DNA of 64,000 bases from Amoebophrya sp. A120 (GCA_905178155.1 CAJINV010000009.1:2457373-2521372); one strand, 5' to 3'; counted from the stretch's first letter, positions 1 to 13,221 are shown. The notes: generated by a model not told the origin, from the letters alone. Numbers and translations are program-made.

Positions 1-3000
1 AAGCGAGTACGGCTGGTACATTACTGTGGTCAGAATGAAGAGAAAGTAAAAGCAAGTAGTAACTTGCATAAGCGTGAAAACCTCCGGAAACAACCGCCAC
101 GAAGCCCCTGCTACTTGCTTCGGCTCGGAATCCGGTAAAAAAATTCCCACGAACCTCGGCAACAACACCTCCGCTTGCTCGTCATTAAACACCGCAAATT
201 TCCAAGTAATAACAGCCCACTCGACGATGTCGTTTACGAAGAAAATAATCGAGGCAACCTATCGTGCGGAAAAATCCCCCCTCCCCCTATTCAAAAGAAA
301 ATTTCTGATGCGCGGTTTGTGTAGTAGTACTTACACAAGTCGGTTAGTACCACTAGAATACTAAGGGATCCAGCTGCGGCTTCGATTGCAGGCAGTTGCC
401 TTCCCCCCACGCCAGACTTGGGACGACAGTCTGACAGATTCCGACTCTCTCCCTTTCTAGCATGACGCATTGAAGTAGATTTGTTTTTGTATTCACATAT
501 CATGTTAAAGCTACACAAATCTCGCTTTGCATACGGGGAGGGGTGATTTTTCATTTTGATGCAATCAGTCCGAACATAATTTCCTCGTTCGTTTGCGGAA
601 ACCCGGGGAACAGTGACACGTTGTTCGCCAGTCCAATGAGAGGGACGAAAATCAGCGTCAACGACGTCATCATCCGGCAGTGCGCGCGAATCTGGTACCG
701 TTTGAAGTTTTCCTGGCGGTAAAAATCAATGCAGTGTTTGAAAGCCTTCAGCTCTGCCGCAGAAACCGGCTCCACTGCTTCTGTTTTTGCTACTTTGTCT
801 TCCTGCCCAAGTAAAAACTTCACTAGCGTCCGGGTCGTCGCCGCTGCCTGGCGCGCGCCAGTAGAGACGTCCTGCCGGAGACTGCTGGTCTTCAACACCG
901 TGTGGCTTTTCGACCCGACCGGCATGCTCAGGGCCTTCTCGACTGACATTACAGCTACGCCGGCAGAATTGCAGGTGCCGGCTAGCTATCGACTGCACAC
1001 ATGTCTGATTCTGGAAATTTGCAACGCTTGTCATGCCCGTTTTCCATACTTAGCCCACGAGGTGTAGCAGAATTTAGGACCTAGTATGACAGATTTTGTG
1101 AGATAGAGATCCCACGCATGCCTATCCTGCACGAGAAACTCCCTCTGAACTTGGTCAAAAGTGGACAACTTTTGGTAGGTAATCACGCAACACAACACCT
1201 GTAAGCTTTTGCACGATCCCGACTTAGCATCAAAGATTGCAGCTTTCCAGACTCCGACACATTTGCAATACGTACTAGCACCCTACTGTTTTCGCAGCTG
1301 CGCGCTTCGCTTCCGCTTGTTCGTCCGTCCATTGGCGTATTAACTTGCTTCTCCTCTGCAGCTTCTTTCGCAAAAACAGTTTGCTTCTCCGTTTCCATTG
1401 CGAGCAAGTTGGGAAAAAAGGCTGCTTCTTCATTGCCGCGCTCGGATCCGCCGGCGTTCGGCGGCTCTTCTGGTACGACTTGCACTGCTCCGTAAGAGAC
1501 ATCTGCCACCTCTTGGTTGTACAAATCCCGAAATACTTTTTTCGGTACGTTTCGGATCTTCAGCCGGATGTTCGAAAAGTGCAGGGCCAAAGTTTTCTTG
1601 ATGCCGCTAGTACCCGAGTCCTGCTCTTTCTGTTGTCCGTCGTCAGCAGCACCAGCGCCACTATTCCTATTTTGCTCCTCTGCAAGTTGCTGCTCGAAGT
1701 CAATCTCCTCGTCAAAAGCGATGGAAAAGCGTCGATTAACAGAACTTATGCGTTGCAGGTTGTAACAAACTTTAGTAACCCAGCGCCAACTCTGCGGCAC
1801 GTGCTCTAGATCGTCGAAGTCGCAAATTTTCAACGCGAACACCAAAATCGCTTCACTTTGCCGCAAAGCGAAGTGCCAAACGTGGTAAGTCAGGTCCCGG
1901 AACAATACAAAAGCGATGGTCGCAGGAGATAAAACCAGGAAAACCCCGCGGCCCATTCCGAACCGCATCGAGTCGAACATGTAGTGGAGGACGCAGGTAA
2001 ATATGCCCCGAGTTCTGTCTTGCGCGGCTTGTTGTGTTCGTGCGTTGGGGAAGTCGCACAACCGCCAATCGTTGTCAGTAGGGAGGGCCCTCGGCAAAAG
2101 CAGTTGCCCCATTATTTTTTCCAGAATCGGCAGCACGATGCTGAAAAAGAAACCGCACACGAGCGTCTCCGCGATGATTCGCTGGTACCCCGGTAAATCC
2201 CGTGCGGCAGCGAGCAGGGCCGGAACAATGCGCGTTACCGCAAGGAGACAAAAACCGCAGAAGACGAAAAGACCGACTTGAACTATGGTGAAACGGTAGA
2301 CCGCGCTAGAGCACCCCGCACTCGATCGGGTCAGTGAATACCGGAAAAGAAGCAATACGACCGGCAGCGCGAGCACTTTTATGGGGGTGAAAACCAATCG
2401 GAACAAAGCGAGACTCTGCACCCGGCTCGCGTCCACCAAACACGCGAAAACGCCCGCATACATCATCACTCCACACAAAAAGGCGTAAGTTGCCACATAC
2501 GCCAGCGCTGGTCGGTGCTTGCGGAGTGATGCCCGTAGCTGTAACAAACTCCGCGGGCTCAGGGCCTGCAGCACCACCCCCGCCGACGCCGTCGACACTT
2601 CGACGAACATCATACCGATCGCCGCCTCGTGAAACGAGGCATAGGCGAAATTTGTCGGAATACCAATCGCACTTCCGCTCGCCGTGGTTTTCCCGTCGGA
2701 ACTAACTTTCGTTGGGTCAAACACCCCTGTGCCCATCACCGATGCTAACCGCGCAAAATCGTTAAACTCGCAAACCGAACCGAAACCGCGCAAGATGGTT
2801 AGGAGCACCACAAGCAGCACCGGAATCAGCACGGCACGGACGGTGACGGTATAAAACCTCTTTTTCAATTCCCGAATACGGTTCTCGTCCCTCTTGGTTG
2901 GTTTTCTCGTGCTGGAGCGCTTCCGCACAACGGGGATGTCATCTGCGATTGATAAAAAAATGCGCGATTTCATTTAGTGTCATGCGAAGTGAGCTATATC

Positions 3001-3830
3001 TTGAACGTGGCTTGCACAGCTTACATAAAATATGCATGACAGATGAAGAAATGTACATGAAGACAGATGAAAAGATGGAGATGTTCTTCAGAATCAACAA
3101 CTTATCCAAAATGCTACCCTCATCGCCCGCTTCCGCGTCCTCGGCACATGCTGAAAAGTTCGAGGTGCTGGTGGTGACAACCGTCAAAAGCGCGCTTTCT
3201 TGCTTTTCGGCTGCATTCGAATTTGTCGCGCTGGAGAGCCTGCGAAGAACGGCGGATCCGCCTGTGTCAAGACAAATTGGTTAATCTAGTATTGGGGCGC
3301 TGTTCTTGTTCACATCGAAACTAATGCAAAAGTAAAAGTGAAATCCGCATGACAAACTCGTCATACAGGCGGAAAAATATCAGACAGTATTACAGTGTGC
3401 GTTTGGAGATCCAACAACTTACTCAAGAATACTAAGTTATACCGGTAGCGCAATCCGCTTCCGCATCCTCGGCAGATGCTGAAAGGATGTTGAGGGTGGT
3501 GGTACCAACCGAGCGCGCGGGTTCATTCTCGACTGCATCCGGTGGCTCTTTCGTGCTGGCAAACTTGCAAACAATGGAGCCACCTGTCAGAGATCATGTT
3601 AAGTCAACTATTCACTGTGTGCAAGAAAATGCAAGTGCAAATGTCATTCAAATAGAATTGTAAAAGTCCTCGCGTAACAAAGAAGAATTCTCAACATCGG
3701 ATCTATCACACGCGAACGGGGTAGATTACCTACAACCTTCTCTTCTTGTTCCGTGGGCTCGGAAGGGACGACGGAGTGATCGCTGGGTTGCGCCATGGCA
3801 CTCGGTCGTCTTCCTTCTTCTCCAAACCCA
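1..3830 (-). CDS. Multi-pass membrane protein of unknown family; multi-exon, runs off the left edge; 5' end uncertain
   Basis: ORF 1183..2973 has many hydrophobic helices. Removing element 987-1274 joins it to ORF 551..949 (ENSRVL-AGTCNSAG). Removing 260-561 continues into an open hydrophobic frame to position 1 (MFGLIASIIFFVNDIVEW). Probable GT-AG intron at 2943-3117 and further short exons upstream. Confidence 0.75.
260..561. mobile_element. TIR introner (non-canonical intron)
   Basis: Flanks caacc/caatc; imperfect TIR sharing gaaaaatc.cccctcccc; in-frame join on removal. Confidence 0.8.
987..1274. mobile_element. TIR introner, family B
   Basis: DR ctagc/ctagc; TIR ...tgca..tgtc.ga.tctggaaa; in-frame join. 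Confidence 0.9.
3126..3590 (-). repeat. Tandemly duplicated exon-sized unit (~3126-3270 and ~3456-3590)
   Basis: Shared ccgcttccgc.tcctcggca.atgctgaaa...tggtggt..caaccg, and similar right ends. Confidence 0.75.
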
Positions 3831-3844
3831 AAGTTGAATATCAA

Positions 3845-4044
3845 TATCCTGAGTAAAAATATCCCCACCCCCACCAACCTGTCATGCATATTTGCCCGCC
3901 AAGAACGTCCTTAGTAATGCAGCTAGTACGCATGGGAGACATTTTCTGGCCGTGTTCGAGGGAAAAAATCTGTAATGAAGACAGAGGTAATCAGTATATA
4001 GATATACAAAGAACTACGCGGTGGGGACGTCTTTACTCAGGACG
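3845..4044. mobile_element. Degenerate TIR element, family E
   Basis: tatcctgagtaaaaatatcccca ... gtggggacgtctttactcagga matches the TIR of 60445-60723; DR not preserved. Confidence 0.65.
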
Positions 4045-6230
4045 GTACTGAGCCAGGACATTCCAGGCCAAGCTGCGGAACCGGAAACCAGGGTCGTAGC
4101 GGATGAAATTCAACAGAAAAGCGCACTAGCGCCAGAGCGGAGGAACGGTGGTCATGGATTTGAACAAGATGTGTGCAAACAACTACAACAGTGGTGCATC
4201 ATCTTGATAAGTACTCCGACCGAGGTACTGCGACATTGGAGTCGATAACGCAGCACATTACGTTCACGAACTTGAATTTAACAAAGATGAGGCATCAGGC
4301 CTGTAGGTGGTTCACCGCGGCTGAGCTGACCGAGTAGAATGAGGCTCGGAAATCCGGGACTAAATCTCAGCCGAAAAAACAAAGCAGCGTCGGCTGTGCC
4401 TGAACTATGCACGCATTTGAAGAAGAAGAACGCCACGGCACGCCAGCCATCTCGTGTTCAACGAAGAAGATGGAGACGCCATATTATGTAACCCCAACGC
4501 GCCCTCGTCGCGTGGACTGGCGACGAATGCTTTTTCAAATTAATGCAGCATGCGACAAGGCCTGCGTGACACGCCCAGCTTCCGCCCGCGCGGCGCCTCT
4601 GCGAAGCAGGCGCGGGGCCGTCCCCCACCGATGGATGCCTGCCCCCGAATGCCTGCGAGGATCGCCGGCCGAACGTCCGGCGGGCCACAAGGCCCGGTAG
4701 CGGTAGGTCCGTCGCTGGGTGGGAGTGACAGGCATTGCTACCAAACCCCGGGCCCATCTCCGCCTGATATTGAAAGCGGGAGTCTGCGAACGCCCCACCG
4801 AGGCGGCCTCCCTTTGCGCTGCGTGCGCAAATTGATTCAAACGAGCCCGCCCGGCCAAAGGGGGGGCGCAGGCACAGGAGAGCAGGCCCGCCTGCTACCT
4901 AGCCGGAGCGACGGCGGCGGGCGCGGGCGGGCGCACACGCGCCCCGCTTTCGCAGACAGTTAGATAGGGGCAACCAAGACGGCCAAAGGCGGCGCGCGCG
5001 GATATTGTGGGCTCTCCACGATGATGCGGGCGCTGGCGCATCTTCGGGATAATCAACAAAGAAAGAAACAGGGCCGGGGCGGCGTGATTGTTTCGCCATT
5101 CGCTGGCCTCTAGCCCCGCCGGCTCTTCGCAAGCTCTTCGCTTGGGTTTTTTCCTGCCCGCCGCGCGGCGCCCCGGCTTCACCAGGCAGAACGAGATAGA
5201 AGCGCCAGACGGCGGCCGGCGTCTAGTACCCCGGCGCCGCGACACGCACCGCGCGAAAATTGCAGACACTAATCGCACTGCGGAAGCACTCACTGTCGTG
5301 TGGCCGCCTCGCCTGTAGGTCTCTTGGCAGATGGGTCCGCGACGATGCGCGTGACTCCCCTCCCCCTCTTGGCGCTCTTTCCTCATCACAGCCACAAGTC
5401 TATTCTGGCTCTCACCGGCAACGGCAAGAGGCGCGACAGTCTGACGCAGCTCCCTGGACTTGCACTTTAGCAAAGTCCTCTTAGGCCTTCTGGTCTTCAC
5501 TTCCACTCGAAACTCGCTAAGGAACAGAACAATCCGGCGCAAAAAATTGTCGACGACCTTACGATATAGAATCTATGAATCCACGAGAGCTCTTTAGGAT
5601 GAAAAGTATATCTTTGATTACACACTGTGCATAAGCGTATAGTACCCACACAGTCATCAAGAGAGCTAAGTACTCAGGAGGAGAAAGAACGCAAGCAAAA
5701 AACGATAGAATTCTCAAATTTTTGCTCGTCTTTTTCTCGAACTCCTGGATCTTCATGATCTGGAAAGCCTTGTAGTCCTTCACTGTCGATAATCGCTTTT
5801 CGTTCCCGCGACTTCAACATATCGCATTTTGATTTTACCACAAACAAATTGCAGCGTTATCCTTATAGACTGCTCTTTATTTGAACTTGAAAACTACTAC
5901 TTCGAGAAAAACAAAATTCTTGTCAGTAAAGTCTTGTCCCTCTTCTACTAGATGAAACTGCTGCAAACCGCTCGGCTAAAAATGGTTCTTTGACCTTAAA
6001 CAACTTCAAGTAATCAAACGATAAAAGCTTGTCGTCGGTTTTCATCGGTGCATGATATCCTTAAAAAGTTTTCTTCTTGTCCTTATTTGATGACGAGTTT
6101 CGAAGCAAAAACAAAGTACTAGTCAAAAACGGCGACGGCCCCCTCGGTCTATTGCTGCGTGGAGAACCTCCACTACTAAGGGATTTACACAAGAGCCTGC
6201 TTGTTCCGCACCTTCTCATCAAGTAGATCA

Positions 6231-8959
6231 TCACCCGCTCTTCTTAATCAGGCCCTCATTCACCGCCAACTCCGCGTTTAAAATGCTTCCCCCGGCGGCA
6301 CCAATCACCGTGTTGTGCCCCAGAATCGTGAACTTCACATCATTGATGTGGCACGGGCGCACGCGTCCGACATTGACGCCCATCCCCCCGAAGTAGTCCC
6401 GGTCCAAGCGGTGTTGGGGCCGGTCCGGCCGGGTTTCCTGGGTGAACAAGCGGATCGGTTTTTCGGGGCAGGAAGGACAGTTTTTCACTTTTTCCGGCAC
6501 GGTATGCAGGAAAAAAACTGTGGTAGTGTAAGTCTTTTGGGAAAACAGCATCACAAGTTAAAGTTTGTCTGCCCTGGCAGGCCAAACTTGTTATGCGCAG
6601 ATACGAAGGGAAAATACATAGGAAGCGAGCCGATCACGCATGTCGAGCATCACAAGTATATGCTGTTTTGCATTTTTTGCATCACAGATTTACACTTACA
6701 CAGTTTTTCTCTTGCATACACGGTGAACGCGTCAAACGCCTTGTTGCACTCTTCCACCAAATTAGCCGGCTTGTTCTTCAGCTTCACCGACACGCAAATC
6801 ATGTGCCCGTTGGAAACCGGGACGCGGTTGCAAATCGCGGAAACTTTGATGTCCGTGAAATTCAGCTTCGAACCGTCGAAAGAACCTGGTTATTTTGTGT
6901 AGGAAGGTATGATGTGGATTTGAATTTGAATTTGTGATGCAACAGCACTGAATAGAGCTAGAGGTTGTGATGCACAATAAATCCAAATGACAAGAAAAAA
7001 ATTAAAATCTCCATTATACCTAGAATCTTCGCTGCTTCCTCCTCCATTTTCTCCTCTTCGTTCCCGATGTACGGCACGCAATTATCGTACATTTCCGCAT
7101 GAGACAGTCCCGGAAACCCGCTTCCGCTGATTGCCTGCAATGTTGTCGCATTGACGTGCGTATGGATTGCAAATGTGTCTGGGTCTGGAAGATTGGAACT
7201 TGTAATGCTGTCTGCGGATTCTAAAAATATCTATGTTGCACGAGGAGCAGCAAGAGGAGTCAGTTCTTGGCACGGGGAGAGAGAATTTCTCATGCGTAAT
7301 TGGCATCAAGAAGCTCTCAAAAAATCTGTGATGCTAGCATCAGCATTACGGACCTCAAGGGTCATGCAAAATGTGCATGACAAGCTCAGACTCTTCCAGA
7401 CCCAGACATATATTGCATGTGATAGTGCTCGATCCCGAACTTGTCCACCAGCGGTTTCAGCCCGACCGTCATGGCGATCGTCGAACAATTTGGGCTATGA
7501 GAGTGCACAACTCGTTCCCGTCTGCAGCTTCATTTGTCATGCAAAACCCCAAAGCCAAGCCCAAGCGCTTGCACTGCCTTGTGGCTCTGCTTGCATGACA
7601 GATTCCGGAACAACCCCAAACTAACAGTACTAGACTACGGCACTTGGAGGATTTGTGATGCACAAGCTCCACGCGTGCTGGTGTTTGTAATGCTGTGTAT
7701 GCCATAAGAACGAGGGGGAGGGGGTGTTATGCACTTTCATATGGGTTGGTCGCGACGAAGCCCTCGGATTTCGCGAAAGAGTCTTGGGTTTTCGCCATCA
7801 TCATGTGCTCCGGATTGGAGTTGTGCAGTTGAAAAAATCTCCCGTACACGAGGACATAGATGTTCAAATTGCACTCTTGCATCACAGATTTCTTCTCGTA
7901 TCGCAATCGCATTGAGCTGCGTGACAAGTGTCGAGCACTTCTCGGTTTGGATATTTGGAATTTGTCATGCACTTGTTTGTACGTCGTGCGCGGGAACAAA
8001 TTTCTATATGCATAGACGTAGGGCTGGAGCAGCGGGATCTTTTCGCCCATGCGATTTTCCGGCGAGTTAGAGAAACAGGGGATCCCAACCTCGGCGAACG
8101 CGTACTCTTATGCATTGCAAAAGTATCGTGTAGTACTCGTTCTCGTATAAATTGCAATCATTTATGACAAATCTGCTTGACTGCCTGAATCCGCATGGCA
8201 AATTCATGCTTTCTTCTTGATCTGTCATGCGATTTATACTTGGCACGACACTTTTCCTTTTGCAATGCATAACTCGGCCACTTTCGCAACGTGGTCTGGA
8301 ACGGCTGAGAAAACGAGGTTGACGCCCAGGGCCTTCCACCTGATAGTTAATTTTGGTTTTGATCATTCTTTTACAACGAGGAGTTTGTTCATCTCATGCA
8401 ATCTTTCATCAACCTGCATAACATCGCACGTGCCTCCCTTGCACAACTGCGAAAATTCATCATCTGCAGGTTCTCATGCGCAACAACACAATGGCAACTC
8501 AATTGAAATTTGTTATCCTGTTCCTGCTCAAATAGTTAAATACTCCGCCGGATCCGGGTGCAGTAATTTCTTCTCGCTGTACTGCGGTGGAATCCCTTTC
8601 GGATCCAAACACGCGTTGTAAACTTTGTCCGCCACATCCCGGTAGAGATGTCCGACTTCGTTCGGCCCCCCGCCCAGCGCGATGATGTCAAACCAGGGGT
8701 GGTGTTCTAGCATGGACACAAATCTCGTCCCGACCGCGCCCGAAGCGCCCAGGATGCCGACCTTGTAGGGCTTGGAGCCGGCACTTGCGGAAGCAAAATT
8801 CTTGCGGTTGTGGAAGTTGTGATGAAATGAAGCTCCTGCTGCCGCGAGAAGGGTCGTGTGTTGGTTAGGTCTCTTGTTGGCTCCTGTGGAGGAAGTGGAG
8901 GTTGCGGAAACTGCACGTGGCTGCATTCCCGCTCGCGCGGACGAGCGAAGGTGGATCAT
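6231..8959 (-). CDS. asd: Aspartate-semialdehyde dehydrogenase (fungal/archaeal type), 8 exons, 427 aa as modelled, with N-terminal extension
   Basis: Motifs KVGILGASGAVG, ATNPNCST (catalytic Cys), QAISGSG, CNRVPV.NGH, HNTVIGAAGGSILNAE. Exons 8959-8544, 8339-8272, 8103-8015, 7816-7742, 7490-7425, 7155-7020, 6885-6719, 6497-6231 total 1284 nt, in frame. Two GT-AG introns and five TIR introns. Confidence 0.95.
6503..6718. mobile_element. TIR introner, family A
   Basis: DR cacgg/cacgg; TIR tatgcaggaaaaaaactgtg / cacagtttttctcttgcata; join gives AFTVPEK. Confidence 0.93.
6886..7019 (-). other. Canonical GT-AG intron (GTATAA...CCAG)
   Basis: Removal gives KILGSFDG. Confidence 0.85.
7161..7424. 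mobile_element. TIR introner, family B
   Basis: DR gtgcg/gtgct; TIR with tgtctgggtctggaaga; join gives GIEHVNATTLQA. Confidence 0.92.
7496..7741. mobile_element. TIR introner
   Basis: DR tgggc/tgggt; TIR tatgagagtgcacaac / gttatgcactttcata; join restores the catalytic NPNCST motif. Confidence 0.92.
7822..8014. mobile_element. Older TIR introner, family F-like
   Basis: Diverged DR ggagt/gacgt; imperfect TIR; join gives QPYVNPEH. Confidence 0.8.
8109..8271. mobile_element. TIR introner, family C
   Basis: DR actct/actcg; TIR tatgcattgcaaaag; join gives KVAEYAFAE. Confidence 0.92.
8340..8543 (-). other. Canonical GT-AG intron (GTATTT...TCAG)
   Basis: Removal gives DPAEWKALG. Confidence 0.85.
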
Positions 8960-11900
8960 CTCGAGGTGCTGGAGAATTGCGCTTACAATAACAGTTTTGA
9001 TTTTCTGCAATAGAAAACGTCGTGAACGTAGTTAACGAAGCAAGAGCTCTTTCTTTGCTTGATTTACAGTATCAAGAAGAGTCGACTCACGTCAGCGCTC
9101 TTTTTTGAAGAGGAAGTCGGCTTTTTCGTTTTATGTGTCTGCACAGTGCCGCGTGACTCCGATGAGCTGCTTTGTCTCGGGACTTTTGAAGTAGTTGATC
9201 GCTCTCTTCGTAGGGGGTACTTACTTACACACATAAAATACTTCGCACACTTCGCTTGCGAAGCTACACCCTTTGGCAATTTCAATGCAACAACAAAAAC
9301 ACATCCTCACCTCGCTCATACCTACAACGGACGGGTAGACAGGAGACAGTCACTGTACAACTATCCACTTCTTCAGGCTCAAAACAACAGGAGGAACATC
9401 CGGCATCCGTCATCTTCAATTCCAACGCAACGAAGAAACAAGGAGACAGGCGAGCACTTCTCCGGTATGTGCCATAAACAAACAAAAATTGCGCCGGCAT
9501 GCAGGAAATTTGCAACCACGCTTCCAGAAACAGGCAACTCTCGCACTCTGGAAGGGGCGGCAGAGGCACAATCGGGCGGCAGCGCCCCTTTGCTCCGCGC
9601 CCTCAGATGCTAACGGCTGGGCGTTGCGGCTGGTTGGTAGATTCAAATCGCGAAGCGCGCGCGCCCGCCTGTCTGCGTGGAGGCCAGACTAAGAACGCCC
9701 AGCGTCGCCAGTCCTCAAGCCAACAAGCAACATAGTGCGCGCAACCCTCGCCCCAGCCACTTGTGGCGGGCCGGCCAAAGACGCGCCACACGGCCGGGCG
9801 CGAGTAATAACGCCACAGGGTGGGCAATGGATGGGACGCATCGCCTAGGCCCCAGGCAGCAGGCCCCCGCGGGAAGGTGGGGCGCCGCCCGCGCGAGACC
9901 GCACAAGCAAGAAAACACCGGGCGCGCCGCGGGTCCTTCGCGTCTATGACGTCCCCCAAATGAGAGACAACGACCGGGCCGCTGTATGCCTGCCTTGGGC
10001 CAGCTCCACAGCTTTGCGGAAAATTCCAGCTTGCCGCTTTGGCAACCGCTGGGGAAGGGCAAGAGAGGCCGGGCGGCGACGGGCCCGAGAGATTTCCAGC
10101 AAGGTCAGCCGCGGCAAGAAGAAAACCCGCGCGCGCGCACACACTCACTCACCGCCTGGCGGCGCCAATTCGTTTCCGTTGGACCTGGCGATCTGCTCCC
10201 CTGCGGCCTCCCGCCGCTATTCTTGGGCGGACTGGATAAAAACGAACAAAGACGGCCGACCCGGGACCGCGCCGGGCGCGCTGCTTCCTCACAGGCGCAG
10301 CGCCACAACACGCAACGCGTTGGCCTTGCAGGCAAGGCGAGGCTCGAAATCCTCCACCCAAATAAAAATGCGAACGTAACAAACCCGCATCGTGCGGCTG
10401 CTGCGCGGCGGATGAACCAGGTAGGCCATAGCTGATCATCTCTTACGAAGTTGGCTACCAACCCTCGACCTATCAACATGGAAAAATAAGGTCGATGCAC
10501 TATCCTATTCGATTTCTCTTCCTGATCACAGACGAAGAACGCTGGAAACATCATAGCAATTTGCATCGTCTGCCACTACTATTCTTTCCTCATCCTCTCT
10601 AATTGATAGCAGAGGTGCGCTCTTGGTCTCATACTCTTAGCAAACCCACTTATCTTCACGAGGACCCCCTGGTGGCGCAGTTTATTTTCATCTCGACGCC
10701 TCTGGTTCTGTGTCGCTTTCGACCACAAAATAAAGCTTGCATGAATGTACATGATCAAGACACACAATAAACTCTCTTCGGTGAAGACTGAGACGCAAGA
10801 AATATACTCGAAGAAAAAACCAACGCCGCACTGCATGGGAGTCATGAACAACGGAGCTTCGACTTCGTTTATTTATTTCTCAGCGAACTCGGGACGCGCA
10901 TTCCAGCAATATTTAATGCCTCTAAGTGAATCTTCTTCATCGGCGGGTACCTAGTATGATTCGTTTTGTTGAAGGCTTTTTTTCTTGTTTTTGGTTCATT
11001 TTTTAGGTTTACGAATTTTCTTCCAAAAAGAATTCTTTTTCTAGAAGAAGCTCTCGGCATTTTCGTTTTTGAGCTTCAAACTGAAATTACACACCAGCAG
11101 GAGCAGCTCCAACCGCAGCGCCGACAAAACAGATTCAATAGTATCATCAATCTATCTTCCTGTAGAGCACCAGCTAGTTATTTTCTACTACAAAAGTGCA
11201 CCCTCCTGATACAACCAGATACAGATGAGCTAAAGCAGCACAATAGATAAATCTAAATGCGCTTGTTTCTCTTTATTTGAAAGTGACAGTGGAAGCCAAA
11301 AACTTCAAAATGCTCGACCTGGTGTACTTAATTTGCAATTGTAGTTATAGTTGCTGCGCCTACATCAAATCTAGATGCTGTGCCTCGACATCAAGATTCG
11401 AGAAAATGCATACTGTCGACTTGCACCAGTAGAGTAGTTCTTTCTGCGGCTGAGTCCTGCGTAGGAACAGACGACGACGAGCCTTGTATATTTTTCTAAG
11501 ATGAAGTCTAACTGCCTTGTGATCGACTTCAACGTAGTTCTTGTCAAGACTAGAGTTGTGCTTTTGTAGCTTGCTCTGTCATGTTGATCATCATCTTCGT
11601 TGTGATATTTTTTCCAGTACTAACCCACAGTCCTCCTTCTGCTCAGACTGCTGGGCGTTCCAAAGCGAAGAAGCACCAGAGTGCTCCACTTCTTCATCTT
11701 CTTACTCTGGCTGATGAAAGAAACTTCTTATTTCAGGCGAGCTTCAGCTTTCATGTACATTTTCTCATGTACATGTTTCGGCATGGCGGTAAATCTTTAT
11801 TCGAATTTGAATTCTAGCACAAATATATTGTAAAAAGCACCCTTTAATAGACCCCAAAAGTTGTAATGTCGTACAGAAGAGGACACAAAAGTCCTGCAAT

Positions 11901-12355
11901 GGACGTGAAAGTAGCGACAGTTGCACTCTTCATCTCCTCGAGAAGATGAGCGAGACCTATCTACTAGCCCCAACAAATAAACTTCGCGAAGCTTTTAAAA
12001 TCATTGGTCTCGTTCTGGTGTGCCGCTGTCTACTTAGCAGCCTGCTTTGGTTTTCAGACTGGCGCGAGCGTTTTTGTAGAAGTAAGTGTGGACAAACATA
12101 ACAAGGATCCCATACTCTTGTTCTGGTTGTGCTCAAGTAAAAATCTTAAGCCTGTTATTTTGATGATCCTTGGCAAAAATGTATCGACAAAGTAGATTTA
12201 GTGGTGGAGCTGTTTTGTTGTGGGCCGCAAGAGAGCAAACGACCATACCAACGGGTTCGAGTCCTGTGGCGAAGCACCACACGGGGTTTGTTCCCGCCGC
12301 ATGACAGCCCGTTCCTCACATCGCCATCTGCTCCTCGCATCAGTCTACCATGCAG

Positions 12356-12930
12356 TTGACACGCAAAGTGATACGCAAGTGACACGCAGTGCGTGTCACA
12401 CTGCGTGTCACTTGCGTACCGCAATGCGTGTCACTGCGTGTCACCAGAATATAGGTGCAAAAAGTGACACGCACTCAGTGCGTGTCACCGTATACCATCG
12501 GGGAAGACCAAAAGACGACAGGCGTTGTCTCTCTCCTGCACGGTATGGTAGTGACACGCATCTAGTGCGTGTCAGTGCGTGTCACTTTTTGCACTTATAT
12601 TCTGGAGACACGCAGTGACACGCACGACCGAATCGCTGGTGGCCAGAATACAGGCGTGAAGAGTGACACGCACTTGACACGCAGTGAGTGCGTGTCACAC
12701 AATACCGTCGGTGAAGGATATTTCCAAAACTTTCCAAAACCTCTCTCCGGTCTGTAAAAGTGACACGCACTGACACGCACTCACTGCGTGTCAATTTACA
12801 GAGCGGTTTGACAGTACACACTCGTCAAAAACGAGAAACAGGTCGTGTTTGACGAGTGCGTATCAGTGTGCGTGTCACTCTGCGTGTCAATTTGCGTGTC
12901 AAAAAAAAGGCGGAGTGCGTATCACTCTGC
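12356..12930. repeat. Array of TGACACGCA / TGCGTGTCA motifs in both orientations
   Basis: Roughly 30 copies visible, irregular spacing, often forming local palindromes. Confidence 0.9.
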
Positions 12931-13055
12931 GTTTTTGAAAGCTCCCAAAAATTTGCCGAAAATCTACCAAAATCCGAAGGAAAGGCTCAAGGAAAGGGAC
13001 AAGGGGAAGGGGCCGCTATGTGGCAGGCCATACAGCTACGTGCAGGCGCACCGGC

Positions 13056-13221
13056 CGGGAAGGCCTCGCGGCCCGCCAGGAAGCCGCCGGTTTGTCCTCA
13101 GACACGGCGGGGCGCTCCATTTTCTCCGGTTGGGGGCCCCTCCCAACCGGAAAAAATCGAGAATCCCACCGTGTCTGAGGACGGGCCGGCGGCTTCCCGA
13201 CGGGCCGTCGAGGCCTTCCCG
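13056..13221. repeat. Long imperfect inverted repeat (foldback)
   Basis: cgggaaggcctcg..gaagccgccgg..gtcctcagacacgg..ccggttggg pairs with cccaaccgg..ccgtgtctgaggac..ccggcggcttc..cgaggccttcccg. Confidence 0.88.

Noticed and set aside
4407-5542. Overlapping Arg/Pro/Ala-rich ORFs in GC-rich islands, and plus-strand ORFs opposite real genes
   Set aside because: Compositional or antisense artefacts with no recognisable motifs
12356-12930. Possible CRISPR array
   Set aside because: The repeat is a 9-mer in both orientations with irregular spacing; no unique spacers, no cas genes, eukaryotic context
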